DNA of 64,000 nucleotides from IMG/VR virus record IMGVR_UViG_3300050821_002122, positions 1-64,000 of that record. One strand, 5' to 3'. Positions within the stretch are counted from its first letter, which is position 1; the number at the start of each line of letters is the position of its first letter. Under the pieces are notes generated by a model, which saw only the letters and a list, made by a program, of their open reading frames with translations, had not been told where the DNA came from and ran no database searches. Below, one piece after another: positions 8,490-16,861 of the stretch. Made by a program: the position numbers and the translations under genes. Source of the stretch: a virus.

Positions 8490-9900
8490 GGCGCACAATG
8501 GAAAAATCGCACATGAGGGCAACGTGTTGATGCTGGGCTTCGGCGGTGTTGGGCAGACGATGCTACCCCTAATGCTTAGGCACTTCACGACTCACCCCAA
8601 GAATATTCGTGTGGTAGAGAAAGATGACCATACCGAACTGTTTGCAGAGAAGTATGGTTCGACTGGTGTCCACTACGAGATACTGACTGTCACGCGGGAC
8701 AACCTGCATGAGGTATTGAGCGTGTTGAGCGCAGGTGACCTGTTGGTCAATCTGTCGACAGACATTGATGGCATCGAACTGGTAGAATGGTGCTTGCAGC
8801 AAGGTGTAATGTACATCGATACCTCAATCGAGCGGTGGCCAGACGAACCAGATGAGACGTTGCCTGATTTGGCAGAGCGCACACTGTATCACACGCATCA
8901 GGCAATACGCGAGATGGCATCGAACTATCCTGGTAGTGCGACCTGTGTTGTCACTCATGGTGCGAACCCCGGCCTCGTAACCTACTTCGTTAAAGCCGCG
9001 CTACTCGATATAGCGAAGGCTCAAGGCCTTAATGTCTATCCTCAAAACAAAGACGAGTGGGCCGAGTTGGCAAAAGACCTTGAGGTGAAGGTGATCCATA
9101 TTGCCGAACGCGATACTCAGTTGATGGACAAGCCTAAAGAGGTGAATGAGTTCGTGAACACTTGGTCATGCCACGGCTTCTGGGCAGAGGGTCGCGCACC
9201 TGCAGAATTGGGTTGGGGTACGCACGAGAACAAGCTACCTTATGGCGGCAATGAACATGACGAAGGCCCACAGAACGCTATTTACCTTAGCCAGCCGTCT
9301 GTATCGGTCCTACTCAAATCGTGGGTACCTAAAGGTGGTGCCTACAATGGTTTCTGTGTGCAGCATTCCGAGTCGGTCACTCTCAGCGAATACCTGACTA
9401 CCTCCGATGGTTCCTACAGACCGTCGGTCTACTACGTTTATTGCCCGTGCGATGCTGCGGTAGCCTCAGTGCATGAATTCAGGGGCCGTGAATTGGATAT
9501 GCAGGCGCATACCCGCGTAGCCAAAACAGAAATCGTAAGTGGTCGTGACGAATTAGGTGTCCTGCTGCTGGGCCACAAACTGAAAGCATGGTTCTTTGGT
9601 TCGCAGTTGGACATTGAGGAAGCCAATAGGCTGCTGCCAGGTGAGGGACCAACCACGATCCAAGTGGGCGCTGCCTTACTGGGTGCCATAGCATGGATGG
9701 TTGAAAATCCGAACGAAGGTTACTGCGAACCCGAGGACTTACCGCATGAGTTCGTACTAAGCCGTGCGATGCCATATCTTGGTCCTGTGGTCTCTACGCA
9801 ATCCGATTGGTCTCCGCACCAAGATCGTAACACGCTGTTCCCCAATGATGTCGATGCGGACCATCCGTGGACCTTTGCCAACTTCCAAATATCTAGCTGA
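8461..9900 (+). CDS. hss: Homospermidine synthase with MKIEAA leader
   Basis: Rossmann LGFGGVG, YIDTSIE.W, THGANPGLV, IHIAERD, NTWS..GF, HSES and YVYCPCD...S..E are all characteristic of bacterial-type HSS. Start set at 8461 (MKIEAAKRLKA). Confidence 0.92.
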   Translation: MKIEAAKRLKAHNGKIAHEGNVLMLGFGGVGQTMLPLMLRHFTTHPKNIRVVEKDDHTELFAEKYGSTGVHYEILTVTRDNLHEVLSVLSAGDLLVNLSTDIDGIELVEWCLQQGVMYIDTSIERWPDEPDETLPDLAERTLYHTHQAIREMASNYPGSATCVVTHGANPGLVTYFVKAALLDIAKAQGLNVYPQNKDEWAELAKDLEVKVIHIAERDTQLMDKPKEVNEFVNTWSCHGFWAEGRAPAELGWGTHENKLPYGGNEHDEGPQNAIYLSQPSVSVLLKSWVPKGGAYNGFCVQHSESVTLSEYLTTSDGSYRPSVYYVYCPCDAAVASVHEFRGRELDMQAHTRVAKTEIVSGRDELGVLLLGHKLKAWFFGSQLDIEEANRLLPGEGPTTIQVGAALLGAIAWMVENPNEGYCEPEDLPHEFVLSRAMPYLGPVVSTQSDWSPHQDRNTLFPNDVDADHPWTFANFQISS

Positions 9901-9907
9901 GGTCAAT

Positions 9908-10192
9908 ATGAAAATCGAAGCAGCTAATCGGATACAAGCAACAGAACGCCGCGTCAATGGTTGGCTTTGGAAGCCAGATGCACATACAAAAGCGAAGAGT
10001 CTAGCCAATGCTGTATTGCTCGTATCAGCCGACAAAGAGATGCGGAATTTGGCTAGCAACATACTCAGTAACGGTATTTACGATACTAAAGCTGAGTTAT
10101 CTATAGCACTAAAGAAACTTGGTCGCGAATTAACCAAAAGTATTAAGCCTATGGTAGGCGATATTCTTACCAGCTTAAAGGATTCAAAATGA
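9908..10192 (+). CDS. Hypothetical protein with MKIEAA leader
   Basis: GAGG RBS, MKIEAANRIQA. Confidence 0.7.
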   Translation: MKIEAANRIQATERRVNGWLWKPDAHTKAKSLANAVLLVSADKEMRNLASNILSNGIYDTKAELSIALKKLGRELTKSIKPMVGDILTSLKDSK

Positions 10193-10995
10193 AAATTGAA
10201 GCAGCCCGTAGACTTAGGGCATCTGATTACCGAGTACTGGCCGCCCAACTCGACTACGAGCAGTGGTCAGCAATCCTCAGTCACATCAATGAGCCGCAAA
10301 AGGTGGTAGCATTAGACGTATGGAAATCGGTCAAGACTGGGCTCGATCAGATCAACAGCCTGGTGCAACATGTCAAGAAACTGATCGAAGAGGTAGCCCA
10401 CGAAGTAGGCTTAGAGATCAAAGATATCATCGAAACCTTCCGCACGAAGCCTATGCTGGCCTTTCTGAAGGCATGCAAATTCAGTATCATGACGTTGGTG
10501 AAGCCGCTCAAGGCATTCGCTACTCTGTACAAAGACGGCATTCTCAAGATATTCGCCGAGTTGCACGACACCAAAGCGTTCCAGCAGTTACACAGCGGTG
10601 CTATAAAGGTCGATGAGTTCCTTGCGCGCTATCCTCTTCTACGGCAACTGGCTGGTCCTGCCATAGCAGGCTTGCTGATTTGGATTTGGCTAACTGGCAA
10701 TTTTACAGCACATCCAGATTTAGACATGGACCTAGTTGCGCTTATAAAGGCAGCTTTGGGCGGTCACTGGTCAGCGGCTGAGTTGTTTACCTCTCCTCAG
10801 GGATTGCTTATGATGGGTCTGCTGGTAGCAGGTCTCACCGCTCCTTGGCCATCGCCAGCATGGCTCACCGGCTCTGTGCCCTTCAATATATTGGTGGCAT
10901 TGTGCTACACGGCGTACAAACATGCGCCGACGAATCCGACAGTCAAACAAGGACTGTCACATCTCAAATCTAAGATCAAGTTCTCCCACGTGTGA
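10189..10995 (+). CDS. Membrane-segment protein with MKIEAA leader
   Basis: MKIEAARRLRA. Helical N-terminal half, then about three hydrophobic segments (AGPAIAGLLIWIWL, GLLMMGLLVAGL, VPFNILVALCY). Confidence 0.75.
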   Translation: MKIEAARRLRASDYRVLAAQLDYEQWSAILSHINEPQKVVALDVWKSVKTGLDQINSLVQHVKKLIEEVAHEVGLEIKDIIETFRTKPMLAFLKACKFSIMTLVKPLKAFATLYKDGILKIFAELHDTKAFQQLHSGAIKVDEFLARYPLLRQLAGPAIAGLLIWIWLTGNFTAHPDLDMDLVALIKAALGGHWSAAELFTSPQGLLMMGLLVAGLTAPWPSPAWLTGSVPFNILVALCYTAYKHAPTNPTVKQGLSHLKSKIKFSHV

Positions 10996-11001
10996 GGTCA
11001 T

Positions 11002-11886
11002 ATGCAACTATGTCCTAAATGCGGATCACCTCCGTCAGCGGTCTACGATGGCAACATCGCTGAATGCTATAACCATCATTTGTTCCGACTAAAGAAGAAA
11101 ACGAAAGGCTCTGCCATGCCCTCCTCAGTATATGATAAATCGTGCCCAACCTGCGCTGGTAAAATCGTGTCAACCGCTCGTATGGTTGATGATAGCCAAG
11201 CACCAACTTCGTGCATTAATGGGCATACGTTCATGCGCAGCGAAGCAGTAGCAGCACAAGTGAAAGCAGCCAAGCCTACATCGGTATACGACCTACCGTG
11301 CCCTACGTGTGCTGGTAAGATTATATCTACTGCCAAGATGAACGACAGCACTCAAGCCCCAACAAATTGTATTAACGGGCACACGTTCATGCGGGCAGAG
11401 GCCTATGCGTCAGCCAATAACAAGCTCGCACCGTTCTTCGGGCAGAACGCACTGAGTGCCAGTACCAAGCCTTTCAAGATCGAGGCAGCTGCCCGTCTGA
11501 AAGCAACCTTGTTGACCGCTGTTGAGAAGTTGATGGCAAAGTCCACGCCGGTTACGAAGATCGCAGAGAAGGGTATGCGCGATATTGACCATCAAATGGC
11601 GCTACTGGGTTATCAGGCGAAGACGGTTCAGAAACGTGCGTTCTATACCACTGACTTCGTTGAGCGCACCGACAATGTGGACGATGAACCGAAAGTATTC
11701 TCCATGACTGGCTGGCATGGTAACGGTCACTACGGTGACGAGAAAACCATCCTTGAGTTCTACGACAACCAGCGCAGTGAAAAACCAATCATCTCCATCG
11801 GCGTGTTGAGCGAAGAGAACATCAACGAGAAACGCCAGTTGGAGGTCGTCAAAGAAATTCTGGACTATGTACGCAAGCACGGGTGA
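11002..11886 (+). CDS. Zn-ribbon repeat protein with internal KIEAAARLKA motif
   Basis: Three CxxC...CxNxH units, then FKIEAAARLKA at about nt 11473. Confidence 0.7.
   Translation: MQLCPKCGSPPSAVYDGNIAECYNHHLFRLKKKTKGSAMPSSVYDKSCPTCAGKIVSTARMVDDSQAPTSCINGHTFMRSEAVAAQVKAAKPTSVYDLPCPTCAGKIISTAKMNDSTQAPTNCINGHTFMRAEAYASANNKLAPFFGQNALSASTKPFKIEAAARLKATLLTAVEKLMAKSTPVTKIAEKGMRDIDHQMALLGYQAKTVQKRAFYTTDFVERTDNVDDEPKVFSMTGWHGNGHYGDEKTILEFYDNQRSEKPIISIGVLSEENINEKRQLEVVKEILDYVRKHG
11125..11403 (+). repeat. In-frame tandem duplication, 156-nt (52-aa) period
   Basis: SVYDKSCPTCAGKIVSTARMVDDSQAPTSCINGHTFMRSEA at 11125 versus SVYDLPCPTCAGKIISTAKMNDSTQAPTNCINGHTFMRAEA at 11281. Confidence 0.9.
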
Positions 11887-11889
11887 CCT

Positions 11890-12171
11890 ATGAAAATTCA
11901 TGCCGCACGCAGGCTGTTGGCAGCCGATATGACGCTGCGCAATCTGTTGAATATCGATGGTGATCTTATCAGCCTGCACGGCAATCGCGCTCAGTACAAG
12001 CTGACTACTGCGTTGTACAAAGCCATGCAGATACTCGACAAACGATTGGGTTCACATAAGGAGGGCAAGCAAGGCTCGACAGATATCTATGTTTGGGAAG
12101 TACCTAACCTAGGCGTCTGTATCTATTCACCATCTGGTGGTGATCCCACTTTGGAGATTTATGACCGTTAA
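11890..12171 (+). CDS. Hypothetical protein with leader variant MKIHAARRLLA
   Basis: Direct translation. Confidence 0.7.
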   Translation: MKIHAARRLLAADMTLRNLLNIDGDLISLHGNRAQYKLTTALYKAMQILDKRLGSHKEGKQGSTDIYVWEVPNLGVCIYSPSGGDPTLEIYDR

Positions 12172-12181
12172 GGAGGTTTAC

Positions 12182-12550
12182 ATGGACAAAACTTTAGGCC
12201 AGTTGTGGGCACACCCTGGTGACATATCGATAATGCAGGCCGTACTCGTCTTGGTCATCTTGGCAGCAATCATATTGTTGACCTTTGTTCAGATGAAGAA
12301 AGATGCCATCGATCTGCGTTGGTTGATACTGGACGAGAAAAAGCGCCCGAGTCTGCACAAGATATCGCAGGTTACGGCACTCTGTATCTCAACCTGGGGT
12401 TTCGTGACCTTGACATTGCACAACCAACTGACCGAGTACTACTTCACTGGTTACATGGTTGTCTGGTCTGGTTCGGTGGCTTTGGATAAATATCTGTCCA
12501 ACCGACATCAAGAACATACTGCCGATACGGCCGCTGAAGGACCTCACTAG
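12182..12550 (+). CDS. Small multi-pass membrane protein (holin-like size and topology)
   Basis: TAAGGAGG RBS before ATG 12182, three hydrophobic helices. Confidence 0.65.
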   Translation: MDKTLGQLWAHPGDISIMQAVLVLVILAAIILLTFVQMKKDAIDLRWLILDEKKRPSLHKISQVTALCISTWGFVTLTLHNQLTEYYFTGYMVVWSGSVALDKYLSNRHQEHTADTAAEGPH

Positions 12551-12558
12551 GAGCTACC

Positions 12559-12951
12559 ATGTCTTGGACCTGTAAGATGATCGAGTACCACAAAGGGCTG
12601 CACACAAAGGGCGGTGGTATTGAAACAGGTGACATGTTCTGGGGTCCTAAGCCAGACGAGTTGGATGACCCTAAGTGGTCGGCTACGGTTCGCTTCGTGT
12701 GCCGCCACTTGAGCGCCTATTACCTCCAGAACAATAGCCATCGCAGTCCCTTAGTGGTCTGTTTGCCTAGCGGCGACCTATTCTGTGTAGATGGCATGTG
12801 CTGGTCTAGTGGTAATTACTACGGTGGCTGGAAGGTCAGTGGTGATGCACCACATATCACAGTAGAACCAAGTATCAATATGCAGGGTATCTATCATGGC
12901 TACCTGCAGCAAGGAATCATTACCGACGATTGCGAAGGTCGTCAATTTTAA
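12559..12951 (+). CDS. DUF6527-like protein (second, divergent copy)
   Basis: C-terminal GWKVSGDAPHITVEPSI...YHGYLQQG parallels the W..G..P...PSI...H..I..G core of the 7765 protein. Confidence 0.5.
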   Translation: MSWTCKMIEYHKGLHTKGGGIETGDMFWGPKPDELDDPKWSATVRFVCRHLSAYYLQNNSHRSPLVVCLPSGDLFCVDGMCWSSGNYYGGWKVSGDAPHITVEPSINMQGIYHGYLQQGIITDDCEGRQF

Positions 12952-12978
12952 GTAGCACTCAACCACAAAGGAAATGAA

Positions 12979-13302
12979 ATGAAGATCGAAGCCGCTACTC
13001 GCATCAAAACCGTATACGCTGCTCAACAGGTCGTTGCTGCTGACGCGAACGAAAAGAAAGCCATCAAGTACCTGACGGAGGTGGGCTTCGCTGGTCTCAC
13101 GCTGAAAAGCAGTGGTGACAACGTCATCAAGTTCAAGTTCGAGTCCTACGACAAGAAGAAACTGGAGAAGGCTCTCGGCAAACCGAAGGCTTCCAAGTCG
13201 GAAGATGCGGGCGCCATTCGCTACGACATTCCTGGCGCTGGTGTCGTCGCTGTGTGGCCGGCGAAGAACGAAGTCATGATGAAAAACAGCAAACGCAATT
13301 GA
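12979..13302 (+). CDS. Hypothetical protein with MKIEAA leader; domain shared with the N-terminus of the 13923 protein
   Basis: MKIEAATRIKT. GF.GL......N.IKF....YDK..LE..LGKPK...GVVAVWP....V..KNSKR is shared with 13923. Confidence 0.75.
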   Translation: MKIEAATRIKTVYAAQQVVAADANEKKAIKYLTEVGFAGLTLKSSGDNVIKFKFESYDKKKLEKALGKPKASKSEDAGAIRYDIPGAGVVAVWPAKNEVMMKNSKRN

Positions 13303-13308
13303 TGAACC

Positions 13309-13337
13309 TGGGAGGCACAAAGGCCTCCCATTTCTTT
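13309..13337 (+). terminator. Intrinsic terminator
   Basis: TGGGAGGC / GCCTCCCA 8-bp stem followed by TTTCTTT. Confidence 0.6.
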
Positions 13338-13344
13338 AGGACAC

Positions 13345-13926
13345 ATGATGAAAATCGAGGCATTAACCCGTCTTATTTCTGTTAGTATAGTTCCCCAATC
13401 AACGGCTTTCTCGGAAGCACATGGTAAAGAAAGTCTGGAGCTCTACAGTAAGAGACCAGATCAGTACGTAAACCTGAATCGTAAAATCGTTAAGACCAAC
13501 ATTAGTGGCTTTACGATTGAGGTTGATAAACTCGGTGTCATGTACGATATATTCTTGGTGCATGACGGTAAAGCCGTTGGTCTTCTGGCTCTCACACCGT
13601 CCTCCCTGCTGCGACATGTTTATATCCCTGCGTCTTTTTTCGCAAAGGCGTACCGTGGTTTAGGCTACGCCAAGGCTTTGTACAAGTGGGTGCTAGACAA
13701 TAAAATGTCGCTGCTGAGCGATACCACTCAAAGTAAATACAGTTCAGCACTATGGCAGTCTCTGATTAAGGAATATGAAAACATTTGGGTTACCACAAAT
13801 CGCTTAGGAGTTGAGTTACTACCTGATAGCGATTTGGACTACTTTACCGAACCAGGTGCGCGTATGATCCTGATTCAGCGTGGCCTTGGTAAAGACCAAT
13901 TTATCAAAGAGAACAAAATCAAATGA
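13345..13926 (+). CDS. GNAT-fold acetyltransferase-like protein with leader variant MKIEALTRL
   Basis: AYRGLGYAKALY (acetyl-CoA-binding motif A), then LLSD..QS.....LW..L. Confidence 0.65.
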   Translation: MMKIEALTRLISVSIVPQSTAFSEAHGKESLELYSKRPDQYVNLNRKIVKTNISGFTIEVDKLGVMYDIFLVHDGKAVGLLALTPSSLLRHVYIPASFFAKAYRGLGYAKALYKWVLDNKMSLLSDTTQSKYSSALWQSLIKEYENIWVTTNRLGVELLPDSDLDYFTEPGARMILIQRGLGKDQFIKENKIK

Positions 13927-15128
13927 ACATCACTGCTGCTGTGGCCAACAGGCAAATGGCTCTGGACTTTCTGCGTGGTTTAGGTTTCCACGGTCTACGC
14001 TTCAAGGCTGAAGCCGACAACATGATTAAGTTCTTTTACTCCGATTACGATAAGCATGTATTGGAGGCCCAGCTCGGTAAGCCCAAGAGCGCCGATAAAA
14101 GCATTCGTTACAACTACCGCAAGGATGGTGTAGTTGCTGTTTGGCCAAACAACAAGACGGTAATTCTGAAGAATAGCAAGCGAGGCCTAAAGTCACCACC
14201 AGAGATAGACGAGCCACCGAAACCTGAGGTGAAGCCACCAGTTGATGTCGATAAACCGGAAGGTCCTCAGTTGCCGAAGAGTGGAACTGAGAACGATGAT
14301 GACAAGATACCACACGTAGAGATAGGTCCAGTTCTCCGTGCGCAGTTTGGCAGAGCCCGAGTGCACCGTGAATTGCAGTTGCCTTACATTAAAGAGTTAT
14401 GGCATTATCTTAACCAACACAAATTCCACAACGCACTGCATATGCCCAACCTGAGGGTCATGAAGGCGGTCAAAGGAACTAGCTTTAGGCTGCGCGGTTA
14501 TTGGCAGGCATATAACCGAGAGTTAGGAATGAGCCCGCGCTTGTTCAACGGTTCGGTCGAGTTCTTTGTGGAGGTCTTGTTGCATGAGATGTGTCACCAA
14601 GCTGTCAGCGAAATAGACAAGGTCCGGGATCGCACAGAGCAAGGACATGGTCCTCATTGGATTGCATGGATGCGCAAAGTAGGGCTCAACCCTAATCGAT
14701 ACGATCCTACCGAGAATAAGGTCTTTATGACCAATGAGGAACGGGATGCGTTGGAAGAACGTCAGGCGAAGCAGCGCAATATTCTTGACGTTGTGAAGGA
14801 AGAGGGCCTAGAACACACTGCACCCAAACCTATGATGAATGCGACAGTGCTGTGGAAAGCAGAAATGCACGACGGCATAATTGTGTGTAAGGCATTCGGT
14901 AAGAAGAATATGTGGGCCTTCTTGCCCTATGCTCAGATACGTACCTACAAGCACGGTCAGCTATTCAACTTCCCTTTAGTTTCGGAAGACTCGGTCTACA
15001 AACCACGCAGTGCCATGCCATTAGGATTGGGTGACCAATTGGTTGAGATGACCTTGACCGTCAAACAGCATTACGATACCAAAAAGCAAGATCGTGAAAA
15101 CAGACGCCTGGACAAGTTATGGTCGTAA
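13923..15128 (+). CDS. SprT-like zinc metalloprotease with N-terminal repeat domain and Pro-rich linker
   Basis: VLLHEMCHQ (HExxH) and GHGPHW..WM..VG are SprT hallmarks. A PEVKPP linker precedes them. Confidence 0.8.
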   Translation: MNITAAVANRQMALDFLRGLGFHGLRFKAEADNMIKFFYSDYDKHVLEAQLGKPKSADKSIRYNYRKDGVVAVWPNNKTVILKNSKRGLKSPPEIDEPPKPEVKPPVDVDKPEGPQLPKSGTENDDDKIPHVEIGPVLRAQFGRARVHRELQLPYIKELWHYLNQHKFHNALHMPNLRVMKAVKGTSFRLRGYWQAYNRELGMSPRLFNGSVEFFVEVLLHEMCHQAVSEIDKVRDRTEQGHGPHWIAWMRKVGLNPNRYDPTENKVFMTNEERDALEERQAKQRNILDVVKEEGLEHTAPKPMMNATVLWKAEMHDGIIVCKAFGKKNMWAFLPYAQIRTYKHGQLFNFPLVSEDSVYKPRSAMPLGLGDQLVEMTLTVKQHYDTKKQDRENRRLDKLWS

Positions 15129-15451
15129 AGAGATTTGCCTCAGTGAGGACTTCCAGCAAGAGTGGTGTTGCACGTATCAAACGGGATGGTTATGCCACTA
15201 CTAGCGGTATGACCAAGAAGAACAGTTGGTGGGATATACGCAAAGAGGTGTATGCACGCGATGGAGGTATGTGCGTATTTTGCCGACGCGTTGGTAGGCT
15301 AGTAAAGGCTACCGACGTTCATCACATAGTGCCGCTGTCGCGCGGTGGTACAACCACCAAATCCAATCTGGTATCGGTATGTGATTGCTGCCATGAAAAG
15401 CGCCACCCAGGTAACAAACATTTGAGTACCTATCACAGGAGTAAGAAATGA
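15119..15451 (+). CDS. HNH endonuclease
   Basis: CVFC...DVHHIVPLSRGG.....NLVSVCDCCHEKRH. Confidence 0.9.
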   Translation: MVVKRFASVRTSSKSGVARIKRDGYATTSGMTKKNSWWDIRKEVYARDGGMCVFCRRVGRLVKATDVHHIVPLSRGGTTTKSNLVSVCDCCHEKRHPGNKHLSTYHRSKK

Positions 15452-15879
15452 ACAAACTAGAAGCCCTTATCAAGCTGTTCCTTATCATCAACCCAGAACC
15501 AGCTGACGCTCAGGTGCATGCTTTGGCATCGGCAATCGCTGTGGACAAAGAGACTCTGGAAAGTTTGGTTTATTCGATGTTAGGGGAGGTTGTGAACGAA
15601 GAGGAGACCCTGCTCGATGCTGATGAAGTATCGATAAGTGGTTCGGTAGTGTGTGCCGCCGATGAGGATGTGCTTTATGACCCGAACATCGATGAGGATA
15701 ACATCCCCCTCGAAGACGTAGCATTGACTGATGGTGATCCTACCGACGACGATCTGGGTATGCAGCAAGAGACCAGTGACGACGGCCCTGACGTGCATGA
15801 CGTCGGTGTGGGTGTAACTACGCCAGACAGCCAAGACGTGCTGTCCGACGACGGCGTACCATCATTCCGAGGTGCGTGA
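15448..15879 (+). CDS. Highly acidic protein, degenerate leader MNKLEALIKL
   Basis: Asp-rich C-terminal two-thirds. Confidence 0.65.
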   Translation: MNKLEALIKLFLIINPEPADAQVHALASAIAVDKETLESLVYSMLGEVVNEEETLLDADEVSISGSVVCAADEDVLYDPNIDEDNIPLEDVALTDGDPTDDDLGMQQETSDDGPDVHDVGVGVTTPDSQDVLSDDGVPSFRGA

Positions 15880-16580
15880 TGGCTGCGCCATTTTTGGCCC
15901 ACCTCGGTATCAGCGACATCGATCAGGCACGTAGCCCTACAGCAGATGCTTTCCCGCATGCGTTCAACATCAATTGCAAACCGCAATGGGATCAGGCAGT
16001 AGGGCGTGTGGAACCTAGCGATGACCCCAAGGTTGACTGGGGCCTAGCTATCAGGAACTACGTTGAGCTATGTACCTCCACCGATCGGTATCCTTTCTCG
16101 AACATGAAGCAGTCGAGCAATGACCAAATCGTTGAGCACCTCAAGAATGCACGCAGGGCCGTGGTCAAATTCCTGAACAACTCCAAGTTCCTTAACCACG
16201 TGCAGATCAGAACCACTGCGCGTAAGGTAAAGATGAACAACATGGGGTTCTCGCTCGATGTGTTTGGTCAAGTCTATATCAAGGACCCCACATTCGTTAG
16301 GTGGCTCTTGGAAATGCCGTATCCTGGTTTCCGCATCAAGCATGAAGGCAGGTACATCAAACATATAGGTAATGATGTGACGATGGTGGTCTATAACGAA
16401 GGTGCCAACGGAACGCAACGGTGGCACATCGGCTACGAGATAAACTGCCGTCTGTTCCCTGATCTCCCAGGTCGTAATTTGCCGTCTAAGGCTGAGTTGG
16501 AGAAATTCATATTGGAAGTCTTGTTCATGCCAGTGCTGCGCTCCTCTCGGCCATACGGATATCACCGGAGGCTCTTATGA
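15876..16580 (+). CDS. Hypothetical protein
   Basis: 234-aa ORF with GAGG upstream, coupled to both neighbours. Confidence 0.6.
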   Translation: MMAAPFLAHLGISDIDQARSPTADAFPHAFNINCKPQWDQAVGRVEPSDDPKVDWGLAIRNYVELCTSTDRYPFSNMKQSSNDQIVEHLKNARRAVVKFLNNSKFLNHVQIRTTARKVKMNNMGFSLDVFGQVYIKDPTFVRWLLEMPYPGFRIKHEGRYIKHIGNDVTMVVYNEGANGTQRWHIGYEINCRLFPDLPGRNLPSKAELEKFILEVLFMPVLRSSRPYGYHRRLL

Positions 16581-16747
16581 AAATCACTGCAAGCAAACGG
16601 TTGCAAGCAGCTAAAGAAAGAGACCAGAAAGATGCTGACCGCTACCGAGCAATACGAAAACGTGTTCTGGAAACTGGTACCTTAACGCTGAAGTCACCAG
16701 GTACACCAGAAGCATTCGATAAGGCTATCGACAAAGTTCTCCTGTAG
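16577..16747 (+). CDS. 56-aa protein with leader variant MKITASKRLQA (not in ORF track)
   Basis: Hand translation MKITASKRLQAAKERDQKDADRYRAIRKRVLETGTLTLKSPGTPEAFDKAIDKVLL*. GGAGG RBS and ATGA overlap. Confidence 0.7.
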   Translation: MKITASKRLQAAKERDQKDADRYRAIRKRVLETGTLTLKSPGTPEAFDKAIDKVLL

Positions 16748-16755
16748 TAAATAAG

Positions 16756-16788
16756 AGAGCCGACTACTCAATGCGAGTAGTCGGCTCT
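16756..16788. terminator. Perfect 14-bp hairpin, terminator or processing site
   Basis: AGAGCCGACTACTC-AATGC-GAGTAGTCGGCTCT. Only a weak U-tract follows. Confidence 0.6.
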
Positions 16789-16802
16789 TGTAGCTTAGGT
16801 TC

Positions 16803-16810
16803 CAATTTAA
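16803..16810 (+). promoter_or_regulatory. Putative late-promoter box CAATTTAA
   Basis: Intergenic, after the hairpin and upstream of 16862. Confidence 0.5.
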
Positions 16811-16861
16811 TGCGAGAACACCTCAACTAAATTGTAGTCCAACTCCAGTGTAAGGTACATC

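Noticed and set aside
10698-10705. CAATTTTA inside the 10189 gene (and a - strand copy at 48513-48520)
   Set aside because: Intragenic and far from a start codon. The count is compatible with chance for an 8-mer, so they are not listed as promoters.
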